From contig OZ252299.1 in the NCBI GenBank assembly GCA_965250285.1, positions 5,312,001 to 5,376,000 on the forward strand: a DNA stretch of 64,000 bases, in the 5' to 3' direction. The DNA comes from Myxococcota bacterium. GTDB taxonomy: Bacteria; Myxococcota_A; UBA9160; UBA4427. The notes below the pieces were generated by a model. It saw only the letters and a program-made list of their open reading frames with translations, ran no database searches and had not been told where the DNA came from. Position 1 is the first letter of the stretch. Each line of letters opens with the position of its first letter. Below, in pieces: positions 54,911 to 64,000 of this stretch. A program made the position numbers and the translations under genes.

Positions 54911-56800
54911 GTGGGCTACATCCGCAATCTCGACGGACTTCGGGCGCTCGCGATCGCGGCGGTGCTCGTGTTCCACCTCTCCGAAGCCGTGCTGCCGGGC
55001 GGCTTCGTCGGCGTCGACATGTTCTTCGTGATCTCGGGCTTCATCATCACCCGGGGTCTGTGCGCGAGTGAGGGCGACTTCTCGCTGCGCACGTTCTACG
55101 CCCGACGCATCGCGCGGCTTCTGCCCGCCGCGATGGTGACGCTCGCCGTCACGCTCTTCGCGAGCGTCTGGCTGCTCGGGCCGGTCGATCGGGTACACGT
55201 GGCCGATACGGCCATCGCCGCGGTCTTCCTCGTCTCGAACATGTTCTTCTCGTCGCATGCCGGCTACTTCGACGATGTGCTCGCCGGCAACCCGCTCCTG
55301 CACTTCTGGTCGCTCAGCGTCGAAGAGCAGTTCTACCTCTTCTGGCCTCTGCTGATCCTCGGGCTCGCGCGACTCGGGCGGGCACGCGCCGCTCGCTGGG
55401 TGCTCGGGCTGACCGTCTTCTCGACCGCCGTGGCGGCCGGGTTCGCGGCGCTCGAGCCCGTGATCTTCTTCTACGCCACGCTGATGCGTGCCTTTCAGTT
55501 CCTGCTGGGCGCCTGCCTCGTCTACTGGCCCGCGCGGACCACGAACGCTCCGCTCTCGAACGCAGTCTTCGCGGCTGGCCTCGCGGGCGCGTTCGCCTCG
55601 TTCGGGCTCGCGTCGGGGGCCGACTATGTCTTCGCGACGGCAGCGCTGCTGCCGGCGTTGGCCACCGTGGCGATGATCTACGCGATCGACAGTGTTCTGG
55701 CCGATCTCTGCCTCGGCTCGGCGCCGGTGCGTGCGTTGGGTCGCGCCGCCTACTCGATCTATCTCGTGCACTGGCCGCTGATCGTGTTCTATCGCCTCCG
55801 GTTCGGGGCGATCGACTCGGTCGGTGAGGGCGGCCTGCTCGCGGTCGCGAGCGTGGCGCTGGGTGGGGCGTTGCGGCTCGGCGTCGAGAACCCGCTGCGC
55901 CTGCGGCACGAGGATTCGGTGAAGCGGCGCAAGCTCCGCATTGCGTTCGCGCTCGTGGTGTCGACGCTGTGCGCGGCAATCTACGTCAGCTGGACGAGTG
56001 CACGCGAAGAGATGCCGAGCCTGCGCGTGGCCGGTGCCCCGCGATTGCCGACGGCGGCCGAACTCAACGCAGCCACGCTGGCCCGCCGCCGATCGGCGGC
56101 TTTCACCGACCAATGCCAGCTCTTCGAGTGGGCGTCGCTCGGCAGCCTCGATGTCGATGGCTGTCTCGAAGGCGACGTCCTGCTCATCGGCGACAGCTGG
56201 ATGCCCGACACCCTGATCGCCCTCGAAGCGGCGTTCGACGACGCCCCCGACGCGCCGCGCATCGCGAAGCTCGGCGGGGCCGCCTGCGGTCAGGTGTTGC
56301 CCGAAGCCGTGCGCATGGGCCAGGTGGGGTGCCGCGATCTCGTCGGGCGAAGGCAGCAGGCAATGACCGACCGGCGCTACCGCGCGATCGTGCTGGCGGT
56401 GAATTGGCGGGGGGTTCGGGAGCGCGATCTGCGGCCGGCCTTCGACGCGCTGCGCGCGACGGGCCAGAAGATCGTGATCCTGTCGGATCGCCCCTACTTC
56501 GAGGCGAAGGTGCCGACCCTGCTCGGCGCGCTCCCCGCCGAGAGCGTGCTGGCCGAAGCCGACCTGACTCCCCATCTCGAGCCGCGGGCCGAGGCGCACG
56601 CGGCGGCCATGCGGCGCGTCGTGGCCGACTACCCCGAGTTCGTGTTCGTCGACCAGCGCGAGGTGCTGTGCCCGGGCGCGTGCCCGGCGTTCACACCGGA
56701 CGGGGCGCTGCTCTACCTCGACCGAAGCCACCTCACGGTCGAGGGCGCGCAGTACCTCGGGCGCACGCTGCGTGACGAGCTGAGAAGTGCGGTCGAATAG
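54911..56800 (+). CDS. Acyltransferase-3 + SGNH domain O-acyltransferase (OafA/OatA-like)
   Basis: LDGLRALA, GVDMFFVISGFII, RRIARLLPA, HFWSLSVEEQFY, YSIYLVHWP; IGDS and DRSHL. Confidence 0.92.
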   Translation: MGYIRNLDGLRALAIAAVLVFHLSEAVLPGGFVGVDMFFVISGFIITRGLCASEGDFSLRTFYARRIARLLPAAMVTLAVTLFASVWLLGPVDRVHVADTAIAAVFLVSNMFFSSHAGYFDDVLAGNPLLHFWSLSVEEQFYLFWPLLILGLARLGRARAARWVLGLTVFSTAVAAGFAALEPVIFFYATLMRAFQFLLGACLVYWPARTTNAPLSNAVFAAGLAGAFASFGLASGADYVFATAALLPALATVAMIYAIDSVLADLCLGSAPVRALGRAAYSIYLVHWPLIVFYRLRFGAIDSVGEGGLLAVASVALGGALRLGVENPLRLRHEDSVKRRKLRIAFALVVSTLCAAIYVSWTSAREEMPSLRVAGAPRLPTAAELNAATLARRRSAAFTDQCQLFEWASLGSLDVDGCLEGDVLLIGDSWMPDTLIALEAAFDDAPDAPRIAKLGGAACGQVLPEAVRMGQVGCRDLVGRRQQAMTDRRYRAIVLAVNWRGVRERDLRPAFDALRATGQKIVILSDRPYFEAKVPTLLGALPAESVLAEADLTPHLEPRAEAHAAAMRRVVADYPEFVFVDQREVLCPGACPAFTPDGALLYLDRSHLTVEGAQYLGRTLRDELRSAVE

Positions 56801-56818
56801 AGGCGCGCTTGCCGTTCA

Positions 56819-56846
56819 CGACCGGGGCGCGGGAGCGCCCCGGTCG
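56819..56846. terminator. Hairpin between convergent genes
   Basis: cgaccggggcgc-ggga-gcgccccggtcg: perfect 12-bp stem with a GNRA loop; no U-tract. Confidence 0.55.
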
Positions 56847-56853
56847 GCTCGAC

Positions 56854-58005
56854 TCAGTCGACCGTCGCGAAGCGATCCTGGCCCTGGAAGCGGCCGACGT
56901 GGAAGTCGGCGTCGCCGAAGAGCCCCTGCAGCACCCGGACGCGCTTGAAGAAGAGGCCTTCGTCCTGCTCGTCGGTCACGCCGATGCCGCCGAAGAGCTG
57001 AATGGCGTTCTCCTGAACGAACCAGCCGCCATGGGTGAGCTGCCGCTTGGCGGCCGAAACCTCGGCCTTTCGCAGCTCGGCGTCATCGCTGTCGGCCTCG
57101 ATGGCGGCCAGCATCGACACCGACTTGCAGAGCTCGACCTCGGCGTACATGTCGGCCGCCTTGTGCTGCAGCGCCTGGAACGTGCCGATGGGCACGCCGA
57201 ACTGCTCGCGCTGCTTGAGGTAGGCCACCGTGCGCTCGAAGAGCTCGGCGAGCTCGCCCTGGGCCTCGGCGCACGCCGCCGCTGCGCCGCGGTCGACGGC
57301 CCACTCGAGCGCCTCGAAGCCTTCGCCTTCGGCGCCGAGCAGTCGGTCGGCGCCGACTTTCACGCCCGAGAGCTCGACGAGCCCCGACTTTTGGCCGTCC
57401 ATGCCCGGGACGCTCACGCGCCGCACGCCCTCGGCTTCACCGTCGACGATGAAGAGCGAGAGGCCGGCCGCGTCGGTGTCGCCCCCCGACGTGCGGGCCG
57501 CGACGATCACCTGGTCGGCCGCGTGACCGTTCAGCACCCAGACCTTCGTGCCGTCGAGCACCCAGCCGTCGCCGTCTGCCTGGGCGGTCGTGCGGCAGTC
57601 AGCGAGGTCGTATCGGCTCTGGCGTTCGCTGTACGCCAGCGCCAGTGAGGTCTCTCCGGCGATCATCGGCGTCAGGTACGCCTCGCGCTGAGCGTCGGTG
57701 CCGAACTTGGTGAGCAGCCCACCCGCGAGCACGACGCTCGCGATGTAGGGCTCGGGGACGAGACCGCGACCCAGCTGTTCGAGGATCAGCGCGACGTCCA
57801 CGAAGGTGCCGCCGTAGCCGCCCAGCTCCTCGGGCACTTCGACGCCGAGCCAGCCGTACTCGCCCATCGCCTTCCAGACGCTCTTCTCCCAGCCGATCTC
57901 GTTCTCTCGCAGCTTGCGGAACCGTTCGACGGGCGAGTCGTTCGAGACGAACTTCTGCACCGCGTCGACGATCATCTCCTGCTCTTCCGAAAGATCGAAG
58001 TTCAT
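56854..58005 (-). CDS. Acyl-CoA dehydrogenase family protein (PimD-like partner)
   Basis: REQFGVPIGTFQALQH, IQLFGGIG. Confidence 0.9.
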   Translation of the reverse strand: MNFDLSEEQEMIVDAVQKFVSNDSPVERFRKLRENEIGWEKSVWKAMGEYGWLGVEVPEELGGYGGTFVDVALILEQLGRGLVPEPYIASVVLAGGLLTKFGTDAQREAYLTPMIAGETSLALAYSERQSRYDLADCRTTAQADGDGWVLDGTKVWVLNGHAADQVIVAARTSGGDTDAAGLSLFIVDGEAEGVRRVSVPGMDGQKSGLVELSGVKVGADRLLGAEGEGFEALEWAVDRGAAAACAEAQGELAELFERTVAYLKQREQFGVPIGTFQALQHKAADMYAEVELCKSVSMLAAIEADSDDAELRKAEVSAAKRQLTHGGWFVQENAIQLFGGIGVTDEQDEGLFFKRVRVLQGLFGDADFHVGRFQGQDRFATVD

Positions 58006-58014
58006 GGGGGCCTC

Positions 58015-59205
58015 CTACTTGTTCATGGGGAGGCCGAGCACGGCCTTCGCGATGATGTTGCGCTGCACCTCGTTCGATCCGCCGTAGATCGTCGTCGCGC
58101 GCAGGTAGTTGAATTCGCTGCCGATCCACTGCTCGTGGGCCGGCACGGCCTCTTCGGGTGCGTTCTGCCAGCCCATGGCACCCGCGCCGCGGGCGTCCAT
58201 CGCGAGCTCGGTGATCTCCTGGTAGAGCTCGGTGCCCACCAGCTTGAGGATCGAGCTCTCGGGGCCCGGTGCGCGTCCGACCTGGGCAGTGGCGAGATTG
58301 CGGAGGTTCGCCATCGACACCGCGCGGTAGCGCATCTCGAGCTCGGCGATGCGGCGTCGGAACGCCGGATCTTCGAAGAGCGTGCCATCGCCCACCGGTG
58401 TGTCGCGGGCGAGCCGCTTGCACAGGTTCAGCCAGCGACCGCTCTCGGCGATGCCGCCGATCAGCGTGCGCTCGTGGCCGAGCAGCGCCTTCGCCATCGA
58501 CCAGCCGCCGTTCTCGGGGCCGACGAGGTTCTCGACCGGCACCCGCGCATCCTGGAACCACGTCTCCGAGAACGCGTCGGTGCCGCCCGTCGTCAGGAAG
58601 GGCTTCACGTCGATGCCGTCCGTGTTGTGGATGTCGGCGAGCAGGAACGAGATGCCCTCCTGCTTCTTGCCCTCGGTGCTCGTACGCGCGAGGACGAAGA
58701 TCCAGTCGGCGTTCTGTGCGTACGTCGTCCACGTCTTCTGGCCGTTCAGGACGTAGTGGTCGCCGTCCTTCTCGGCGCGCAGCTGAAGTGCGGCGAGGTC
58801 ACTGCCGGCGTTCGGCTCCGAGTAGCCCTGGCACCAGACCTCTTCACCCGAAAGGATCTTCGGCAGAAAGCGCTGCTTCTGCTCGTCGTTGCCGAACTCG
58901 ATCAGCAGCGGGCCGACCATCGACAGGCCGAACGGCGAGAGCGGCGGCGTGTTCGCGCGCACGGTCTCCGACTGAAAGATGAAGCGCTGGGCGACGTCCC
59001 AGCCGGTACCGCCGACCTTCTCGGGCCAGCCCGGCGCGACCCAACCCTTCTCGTAGAGGATCTTGTGCCACGCCATCGAGTCTTCGTGGGGGAAGTGCGC
59101 GTTGTTCTGCGCCTTCTTCTTCATCTCGGGCGGCATCGCCTCGTTGATCCAGTCCCGCACTTCCTCCTGGAAGGCGTGCTGCTCGGGCGTGAAGGACATG
59201 TCCAT
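58015..59205 (-). CDS. Acyl-CoA dehydrogenase family protein (PimC-like)
   Basis: WCQGYSEPNAGSDLA, NGQKTWT, TIYGGSNEVQRNII. Confidence 0.93.
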   Translation of the reverse strand: MDMSFTPEQHAFQEEVRDWINEAMPPEMKKKAQNNAHFPHEDSMAWHKILYEKGWVAPGWPEKVGGTGWDVAQRFIFQSETVRANTPPLSPFGLSMVGPLLIEFGNDEQKQRFLPKILSGEEVWCQGYSEPNAGSDLAALQLRAEKDGDHYVLNGQKTWTTYAQNADWIFVLARTSTEGKKQEGISFLLADIHNTDGIDVKPFLTTGGTDAFSETWFQDARVPVENLVGPENGGWSMAKALLGHERTLIGGIAESGRWLNLCKRLARDTPVGDGTLFEDPAFRRRIAELEMRYRAVSMANLRNLATAQVGRAPGPESSILKLVGTELYQEITELAMDARGAGAMGWQNAPEEAVPAHEQWIGSEFNYLRATTIYGGSNEVQRNIIAKAVLGLPMNK

Positions 59206-59320
59206 GGGGCGGTCTCCTCGTGATGGATCGAAGCGCGCTGGCTGCAGCGGCGGCGAGGCCGAGGGCGGTCGGCGCGACGAAAGGGCCTGAGGTCGGCAGC
59301 GGAGGCGATGGACGTTCGAC

Positions 59321-59351
59321 TGACATCCATGTCACCGGGCTAGGGAGCATA
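59321..59351 (-). promoter_or_regulatory. TATGCT -10 element plus a perfect palindromic operator
   Basis: TGACAT-CC-ATGTCA at 59321-59334, 11 nt downstream of a minus-strand TATGCT at 59346-59351. Confidence 0.55.
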
Positions 59352-59409
59352 GCTGCCTGAAACGGGAAAGAGCAGGCTCGATCGGCGGTTCGGTTCGCGT
59401 GCAGATTCG

Positions 59410-61296
59410 TCAGTGACTCGGAGTCGACTTGCGCGCCATCTCGATCCCGCGGCGCGCGGCCCGGTTGCGGGGATTGAGCGCGAGTGCCGCCTGGAACGCC
59501 TCGATGGCTTCGGCGCTGCGGCCGAGTCGAAGCAGCGCGCGTCCGCGCGCCACGTGCACCGGCGGCTTGTCGGGATGATCGCGCGCCGCGAGGTCGGCGA
59601 TCTGCAGCGCGAGACCGGGCTGGCCTGCGCGCACCAGCGCGTTTGCGAGGTAGATCCGGCTGCCCCGAATCGAATCGGGCGACTGGCCGCTTGCGACGCC
59701 GATCTCGATCGCCTTCAGGTAGTGGGGCAGGGCATCGGGGAAGCGCCCGACCTTCTCGAGGCGGCGGCCGAGGTTCCAACGCAGCGTCGAGTCTTCGGGG
59801 TCGACGGCCACGGCCGTCTCGAGCAGCGCGATCGCTTCGACGATCCGTCCCTGCTGGACGCGCATCTCGGCGAGGTTGTTGAGCGCACTCGTGTACTCGG
59901 GCGAGAGCTCGATCGCACGTTCGTAGTGCTGCGCCGCCTCCTCGGTGCGCCCATCTTGCTGCAGGAGCAGGCCGAGGTTGTAGTGGACCATCGGCGCCTC
60001 GTCGTTGTGTGCGAGCGATGAGCGCCAGAGCGTCTCGCTGTTCTCGAAGTCTCGGGCGTGATCGAACGTGAGTCCGCCGAGTACGACGAGCACGATCGTG
60101 CCGACGACGCGCCGCGGCCCTTCGCCGAGTCGAGAGAAGCCACCGCCGACGATCAGGGCGATGGGTCCGAGGCTGGCCAGGTACTGCCAGTGGTCGGCGA
60201 CGAACGAGAAGCGGAAGAAGTAGATCTCGAAGAAGCCGAGCACCGGCACCAGAGTGCCGCCGAAGAAGAGGGCGGCCGCGAGCGGGGCGCGGCCGATGCG
60301 CTCGCGCAGCAGCATGAACGCCGCGAGCACGCACATCGCCGCCAGGGGGTAGAGCCACTGTACGACCGACGCCGGGTCGATCTGCCAGCGCGGATACACG
60401 AAGACGAGCGGCCAGGGCACGAGCAGCTTCGCGAAGTAGAACCAGGCGGCGCGGCCTGCCAGCAGCCACATCTCGGTCGGCGAGGGCCGCCACTCGAAGC
60501 CCAGCACCTCGCCGACGTAGTCCTCCATCGCAGTGGTGAGCAGGCCGATCGGAATGGCGAGGAGCACGAAGGGCACGAGCGGGCGAACATCGGCCCAGGC
60601 GATGCGGCCCCGACGCCACCACACGACGACGAGCAGCGCCGCCGGAAGTGACGCCGTCGGGCTCTTGCTGAAGAGGGCGCAGACGAAGAGCAGGAGGCTC
60701 GCCGACCACGCGAGCCGTCGCTCGCGCCGCGACGGCGTGCGAAAGACGTCACAGGCCGATCGCAGGTATACGAACGCCGCCGCGAGATAGAAGAAGCCCG
60801 AGAGCACGTTCTTGCGCTCGGTCACCCAGGCGACGCTCTCGACGTGGACGGGATGCAGCGCGAAGACGGCCGCGGCCCACCAGGCGCTGGCGCCGAGCCC
60901 GAAGAGCAGCAGCAGACGCCAGACGATCAAGGCGCTCGCCGCGTGGAGCAGCACGTTGTCGACGTGGTAGAGCCGGGGTTCGAGCTCGACGGCGGCGTAC
61001 TCGAGCCACATCGACGTGTAGACGAGCGGGTAGTACTGCGTCGTGGCGCCGGGCTCGATCCAGAGTCGTCGCAGGCCTTCGAGGTCGCGCAGCGGCAGGT
61101 TGTCGATGACGTTCGCGTCGTCGTCCCAGACGAAGCCCGCGTCCCACACCGGTGCGTAGGCCAGGGCCGTCACGGCGATCAGCGCGAGGCCGGCGGCCCA
61201 GGCCGCGCGCCGTGGCGCCGAGGTCGATTCGACGTTCTCTTCGCGCGCGTCACTCACGGGCGCTGGGCTCTCCGATGTTCCACCCGGTTCGCGCAT
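59410..61296 (-). CDS. Multi-TM GT-C-like (TMTC-like) protein with C-terminal TPRs
   Basis: FVWDDD, YYPL, NVLLH, FALHPVHVESVAWVTERK, SK, VADHWQYL; TPRs with HYNLG and LNNLA. Confidence 0.85.
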   Translation of the reverse strand: MREPGGTSESPAPVSDAREENVESTSAPRRAAWAAGLALIAVTALAYAPVWDAGFVWDDDANVIDNLPLRDLEGLRRLWIEPGATTQYYPLVYTSMWLEYAAVELEPRLYHVDNVLLHAASALIVWRLLLLFGLGASAWWAAAVFALHPVHVESVAWVTERKNVLSGFFYLAAAFVYLRSACDVFRTPSRRERRLAWSASLLLFVCALFSKSPTASLPAALLVVVWWRRGRIAWADVRPLVPFVLLAIPIGLLTTAMEDYVGEVLGFEWRPSPTEMWLLAGRAAWFYFAKLLVPWPLVFVYPRWQIDPASVVQWLYPLAAMCVLAAFMLLRERIGRAPLAAALFFGGTLVPVLGFFEIYFFRFSFVADHWQYLASLGPIALIVGGGFSRLGEGPRRVVGTIVLVVLGGLTFDHARDFENSETLWRSSLAHNDEAPMVHYNLGLLLQQDGRTEEAAQHYERAIELSPEYTSALNNLAEMRVQQGRIVEAIALLETAVAVDPEDSTLRWNLGRRLEKVGRFPDALPHYLKAIEIGVASGQSPDSIRGSRIYLANALVRAGQPGLALQIADLAARDHPDKPPVHVARGRALLRLGRSAEAIEAFQAALALNPRNRAARRGIEMARKSTPSH

Positions 61297-61456
61297 CGGC
61301 GCCGAGGTGGCCCGGGCGGGGCTGCGGATCGGAACGAATGGCGCACATCATAGTGGACGGGCGCCTCGCACCCAGGCGGTTCGATGTGCTTCCTTCGCGC
61401 GATGCGGCGGTGATAGACTGACCGATGACGCGCCCGGCGGATGAGGAGATCGTGCA

Positions 61457-62434
61457 TTGAGTTCACCCGAAGTGATTCGCTGGGAGACGCTCACGAAGCG
61501 GCAGTTCGACGAGATCGACCGTGAGCGCGCCGTGGTGCTGGTCACCTGCTCACCGCTCGAGGTGCACGGACCGCACCTGCCGCTCGGCACCGATGCGTTC
61601 GAGGGCGACGGGCTCGCCGAGCGCACGCTGCGATTCCTGCCCGAGCGGCATCAGGATCGCACCTACCTGAAGCTGCCGTTCATCTACGCCGCAGCCGACC
61701 CGGTGCCCCAGCCGGGCTCGATCGCGTTCAGGCCGTCGACGATCATGGCGATGCTCGAGGACCTCGGCCGCTCGCTCGCCGCTCAGGGTTTTCGGAACGT
61801 GTTCGTCTCGAACTTCCACGGCAGCCCGCGCCACTTTCTCGCGATCGAGACCGCCTGCGACCGGGTGCACAAGCAAACCGGGCTGCGCATGGTCTGCCTG
61901 TTCTCGCTGATGCTCTCGCGTCTCGACGTCAAGGGCAGTGAGCTCGGCGACGTGCTCGGCCACGTCGACGGGGTCGAGCCCGAAGACTTCGTCGGCGACA
62001 CACACGGCGGACTCGTCGAGACGAGCCATCTGCTTGCCTTGTGTCCGCAGTGGGTCGATCTCGAGTACAAATCGCTCCCGAAGCGCACCGTCGGCGACTG
62101 GGTGACCGAGCAGGGCCGAACCCGCGCGCCGAAGGACGGCGCGGGCCTCGCCGATCTGCCGAAGATCGTCGCCAACGCGAAGAACGGGCTTCACTACTTC
62201 GTCGACGAGACCTACGCGGGTGGGCCGGCCAAGGCGACGGCCGAGCTCGGCGAGCAGTTCCTCGACATCCTCGGCGAGAAGACGGCCGAGGCGGTCACCG
62301 ATCTGCTCGATGACCGACTGCCGAGAGAGAAGTGGAACTCGCCCTTCTGGGGCCTGCGCCACATCTTCGTCCACTCGGTGTCGGTCAAGTTCTTCGATCG
62401 CCTGCTCGACGCGCCGAAGCACGTGGGCGGCTGA
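61457..62434 (+). CDS. Creatininase/MftE family amidohydrolase
   Basis: EVHGPHLPLGTD, NFHG, HGGLVETS; TTG start after GAGGAG. Confidence 0.85.
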   Translation: MSSPEVIRWETLTKRQFDEIDRERAVVLVTCSPLEVHGPHLPLGTDAFEGDGLAERTLRFLPERHQDRTYLKLPFIYAAADPVPQPGSIAFRPSTIMAMLEDLGRSLAAQGFRNVFVSNFHGSPRHFLAIETACDRVHKQTGLRMVCLFSLMLSRLDVKGSELGDVLGHVDGVEPEDFVGDTHGGLVETSHLLALCPQWVDLEYKSLPKRTVGDWVTEQGRTRAPKDGAGLADLPKIVANAKNGLHYFVDETYAGGPAKATAELGEQFLDILGEKTAEAVTDLLDDRLPREKWNSPFWGLRHIFVHSVSVKFFDRLLDAPKHVGG

Positions 62435-62449
62435 CTCGGCCCGGCGTGC

Positions 62450-63388
62450 TCAGCCGAGCTTCGGCTCGGGGATCTCGCCGAGATCGTCGGGTCGACGCAC
62501 GAGCCAGATCTTCTCGAAGAGCCACGGCGCCCCGCCCGTCATGAACAGGCCGACGATCGCGAGGTCGATCGCGACGACGATCGTGGTGCCCACGTCGCCG
62601 TCGGGTACGCCCACGCGGCGCATCCCGCCCGTGAGCGCGATCAGCATCGCGATGCCGAGTACGAGACGAAGGGCGAGCTGCCAACGGTCGCCGCGGCCCG
62701 TGAAGATGCGCGCGCGCGTCATCCAGAGGCCGCCGAGGCCGCTGCCGAGCGTGAAGCCCGCGACCCCGGTGATCAGGTGCGTGTGATCGTGGACGAGGGT
62801 GGCGTCGAAGAGGATCATCGAGAGCGCGATGAGGAAGAAGGCGCCGACGGCCGGGCGCAGCGGTGTGTCGCGCAAGAACCCGTCGATCGCTTCGGTCCAC
62901 GTGATGAAGGCCCAGGCCGTGAGCGCTCCGAGCCCCCAGCCCACGACGACGTCGGTCGGGTAGTGCACGCCGAGGTAGACGCGCGAGAAGCCCATCAGGA
63001 ACATCCAGACGACGGCGACGCACCAGAACCAGACCCGTCCGACTCGGTGTGCGACGAGCGACCAGTAGACCACGACGAGCTGCGCATGGCCGCTCGGCAT
63101 CGAGTAGCCGCGCTCGCCGGCGCTCACGATCCGGTCGTCGGCGAGATAGGGTCGCTCGAGGCCGATCCAATCCTTCAATACGGTGTTGATGAAAAGCGTC
63201 GCGGCCATGGCGAGCGCGATGCGGACACCGAGCCTCGCGTCGTAGCACCAGAGCACCAGGGGAACGAGCAGGAGGTAGCCGCTCGCGCCCAGCTGCGTGA
63301 AGGCCGAGAAGAACCGATCCGACGCAGGGGTGGCGTGCGCCTGCACGGCGAGGATGAAGTCGATGCCGGCGCTCAGGAGGGCGTCCAT
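62450..63388 (-). CDS. PAP2 family membrane phosphatase
   Basis: K-x6-RP, PSGHA, SRVYLGVHYPTD. Confidence 0.92.
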   Translation of the reverse strand: MDALLSAGIDFILAVQAHATPASDRFFSAFTQLGASGYLLLVPLVLWCYDARLGVRIALAMAATLFINTVLKDWIGLERPYLADDRIVSAGERGYSMPSGHAQLVVVYWSLVAHRVGRVWFWCVAVVWMFLMGFSRVYLGVHYPTDVVVGWGLGALTAWAFITWTEAIDGFLRDTPLRPAVGAFFLIALSMILFDATLVHDHTHLITGVAGFTLGSGLGGLWMTRARIFTGRGDRWQLALRLVLGIAMLIALTGGMRRVGVPDGDVGTTIVVAIDLAIVGLFMTGGAPWLFEKIWLVRRPDDLGEIPEPKLG

Positions 63389-63524
63389 CGATGCCTCGAT
63401 TCGTCGAGTCGGTGTCGTGCGTTCATCCCGGCTACACAGGATGCGGCCCGGCCGGGTCGTGCGATCATAGCGGCACGTCACAGCGACTCATCGGACTCGC
63501 TGAGCAATCGCGTGGAGGATCGGA

Positions 63525-64000
63525 ATGAGCGTCGTGAAGCGCATCCTGACGATCGTGATCGTCGTGCTGGTGGTTCTGGTGCTGGCGGGCGCCGCCTCGT
63601 GGCCTTACCTCACGGCGCGCCAGGCGTTCCCCGAGCGATCGAGCTACGTGATCGATCTCGAGGCCCTCGAGCGCGTCGCGCGTGAAGGGGGCGGCTCTCT
63701 GCCCGTCGCGGTCCAGCACGAGCTCGTCGCGATCGCCGGCATGCCGAAGGCCGCGATCTTTGCGGGGGAGTCGTTCGACCCCCACGACATGGGCCACGGC
63801 GGCTACCGCATCGCTTGGGACGATGGTCGGTCGGTGCTCGTCGATACGGCCTTCAGCGCCGAGGCCATGGCCCAGTTTCCCGGCGAGGGCCGCTTCGACG
63901 AGCGCGCTTTCGAGAAGCTGCAGGAGACGATGCTCGAGGCCGACGCCGTCGTCCTCACGCACGAGCACTTCGATCACATCGCCGGGCTCGGTGAGGTCGA
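63525..64000 (+). CDS. MBL-fold metallo-hydrolase with N-terminal TM segment (partial, runs off the window)
   Basis: ATG after GGAGG; VLVDT and THEHFDH motifs; not in the ORF track because it has no stop in the window. Confidence 0.85.
   Translation, partial: MSVVKRILTIVIVVLVVLVLAGAASWPYLTARQAFPERSSYVIDLEALERVAREGGGSLPVAVQHELVAIAGMPKAAIFAGESFDPHDMGHGGYRIAWDDGRSVLVDTAFSAEAMAQFPGEGRFDERAFEKLQETMLEADAVVLTHEHFDHIAGLGEV

Noticed and set aside
52330..62434. Mycofactocin or other RiPP cluster (creatininase/MftE-like, LLM, GT2)
   Set aside because: No radical SAM enzyme, RRE protein or MftA-like precursor in the window, and the genes are not contiguous.

Overview
This is a very GC-rich bacterial chromosomal segment, roughly 70% GC by eye. 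The gene repertoire suggests a Myxococcota/deltaproteobacterium-like organism, but that is inference. I can support about 68 protein-coding genes, one tRNA, one gene fragment and several repeats and operators. I found no CRISPR array, integrase, transposase, prophage or rRNA. Left end: gpmI, then a CobW/COG0523 GTPase with an extra C-terminal domain, then an oxidoreductase-SelD fusion; a GST and an orphan hybrid histidine kinase follow. 9-19 kb: DUF3604-like protein, sulfatase-like protein, phosphotransferase, two transporters and a sulfotransferase. 19-27 kb: a MocR/PLP-decarboxylase pair, redox genes, and a tRNA-Arg with the uncommon GCG anticodon. 27-48 kb: a dense run of small single-domain detoxification/stress genes. 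48-64 kb: lipid/steroid-type oxidoreductases interleaved with envelope glycosylation genes (two GT2, VTT/DedA, AT3-SGNH, TMTC-like GT-C/TPR, PAP2). The best candidate for an undescribed system is the CobW-molybdopterin-fold plus oxidoreductase-SelD gene pair. Other leads are the possible lipid-carrier glycosylation pathway, a lipoprotein with mirror-symmetric cysteine spacing, and apparently frequent leaderless transcription. All product calls come from recognising motifs by eye, not from database searches. Many starts were moved from the ORF track to the nearest plausible start codon.
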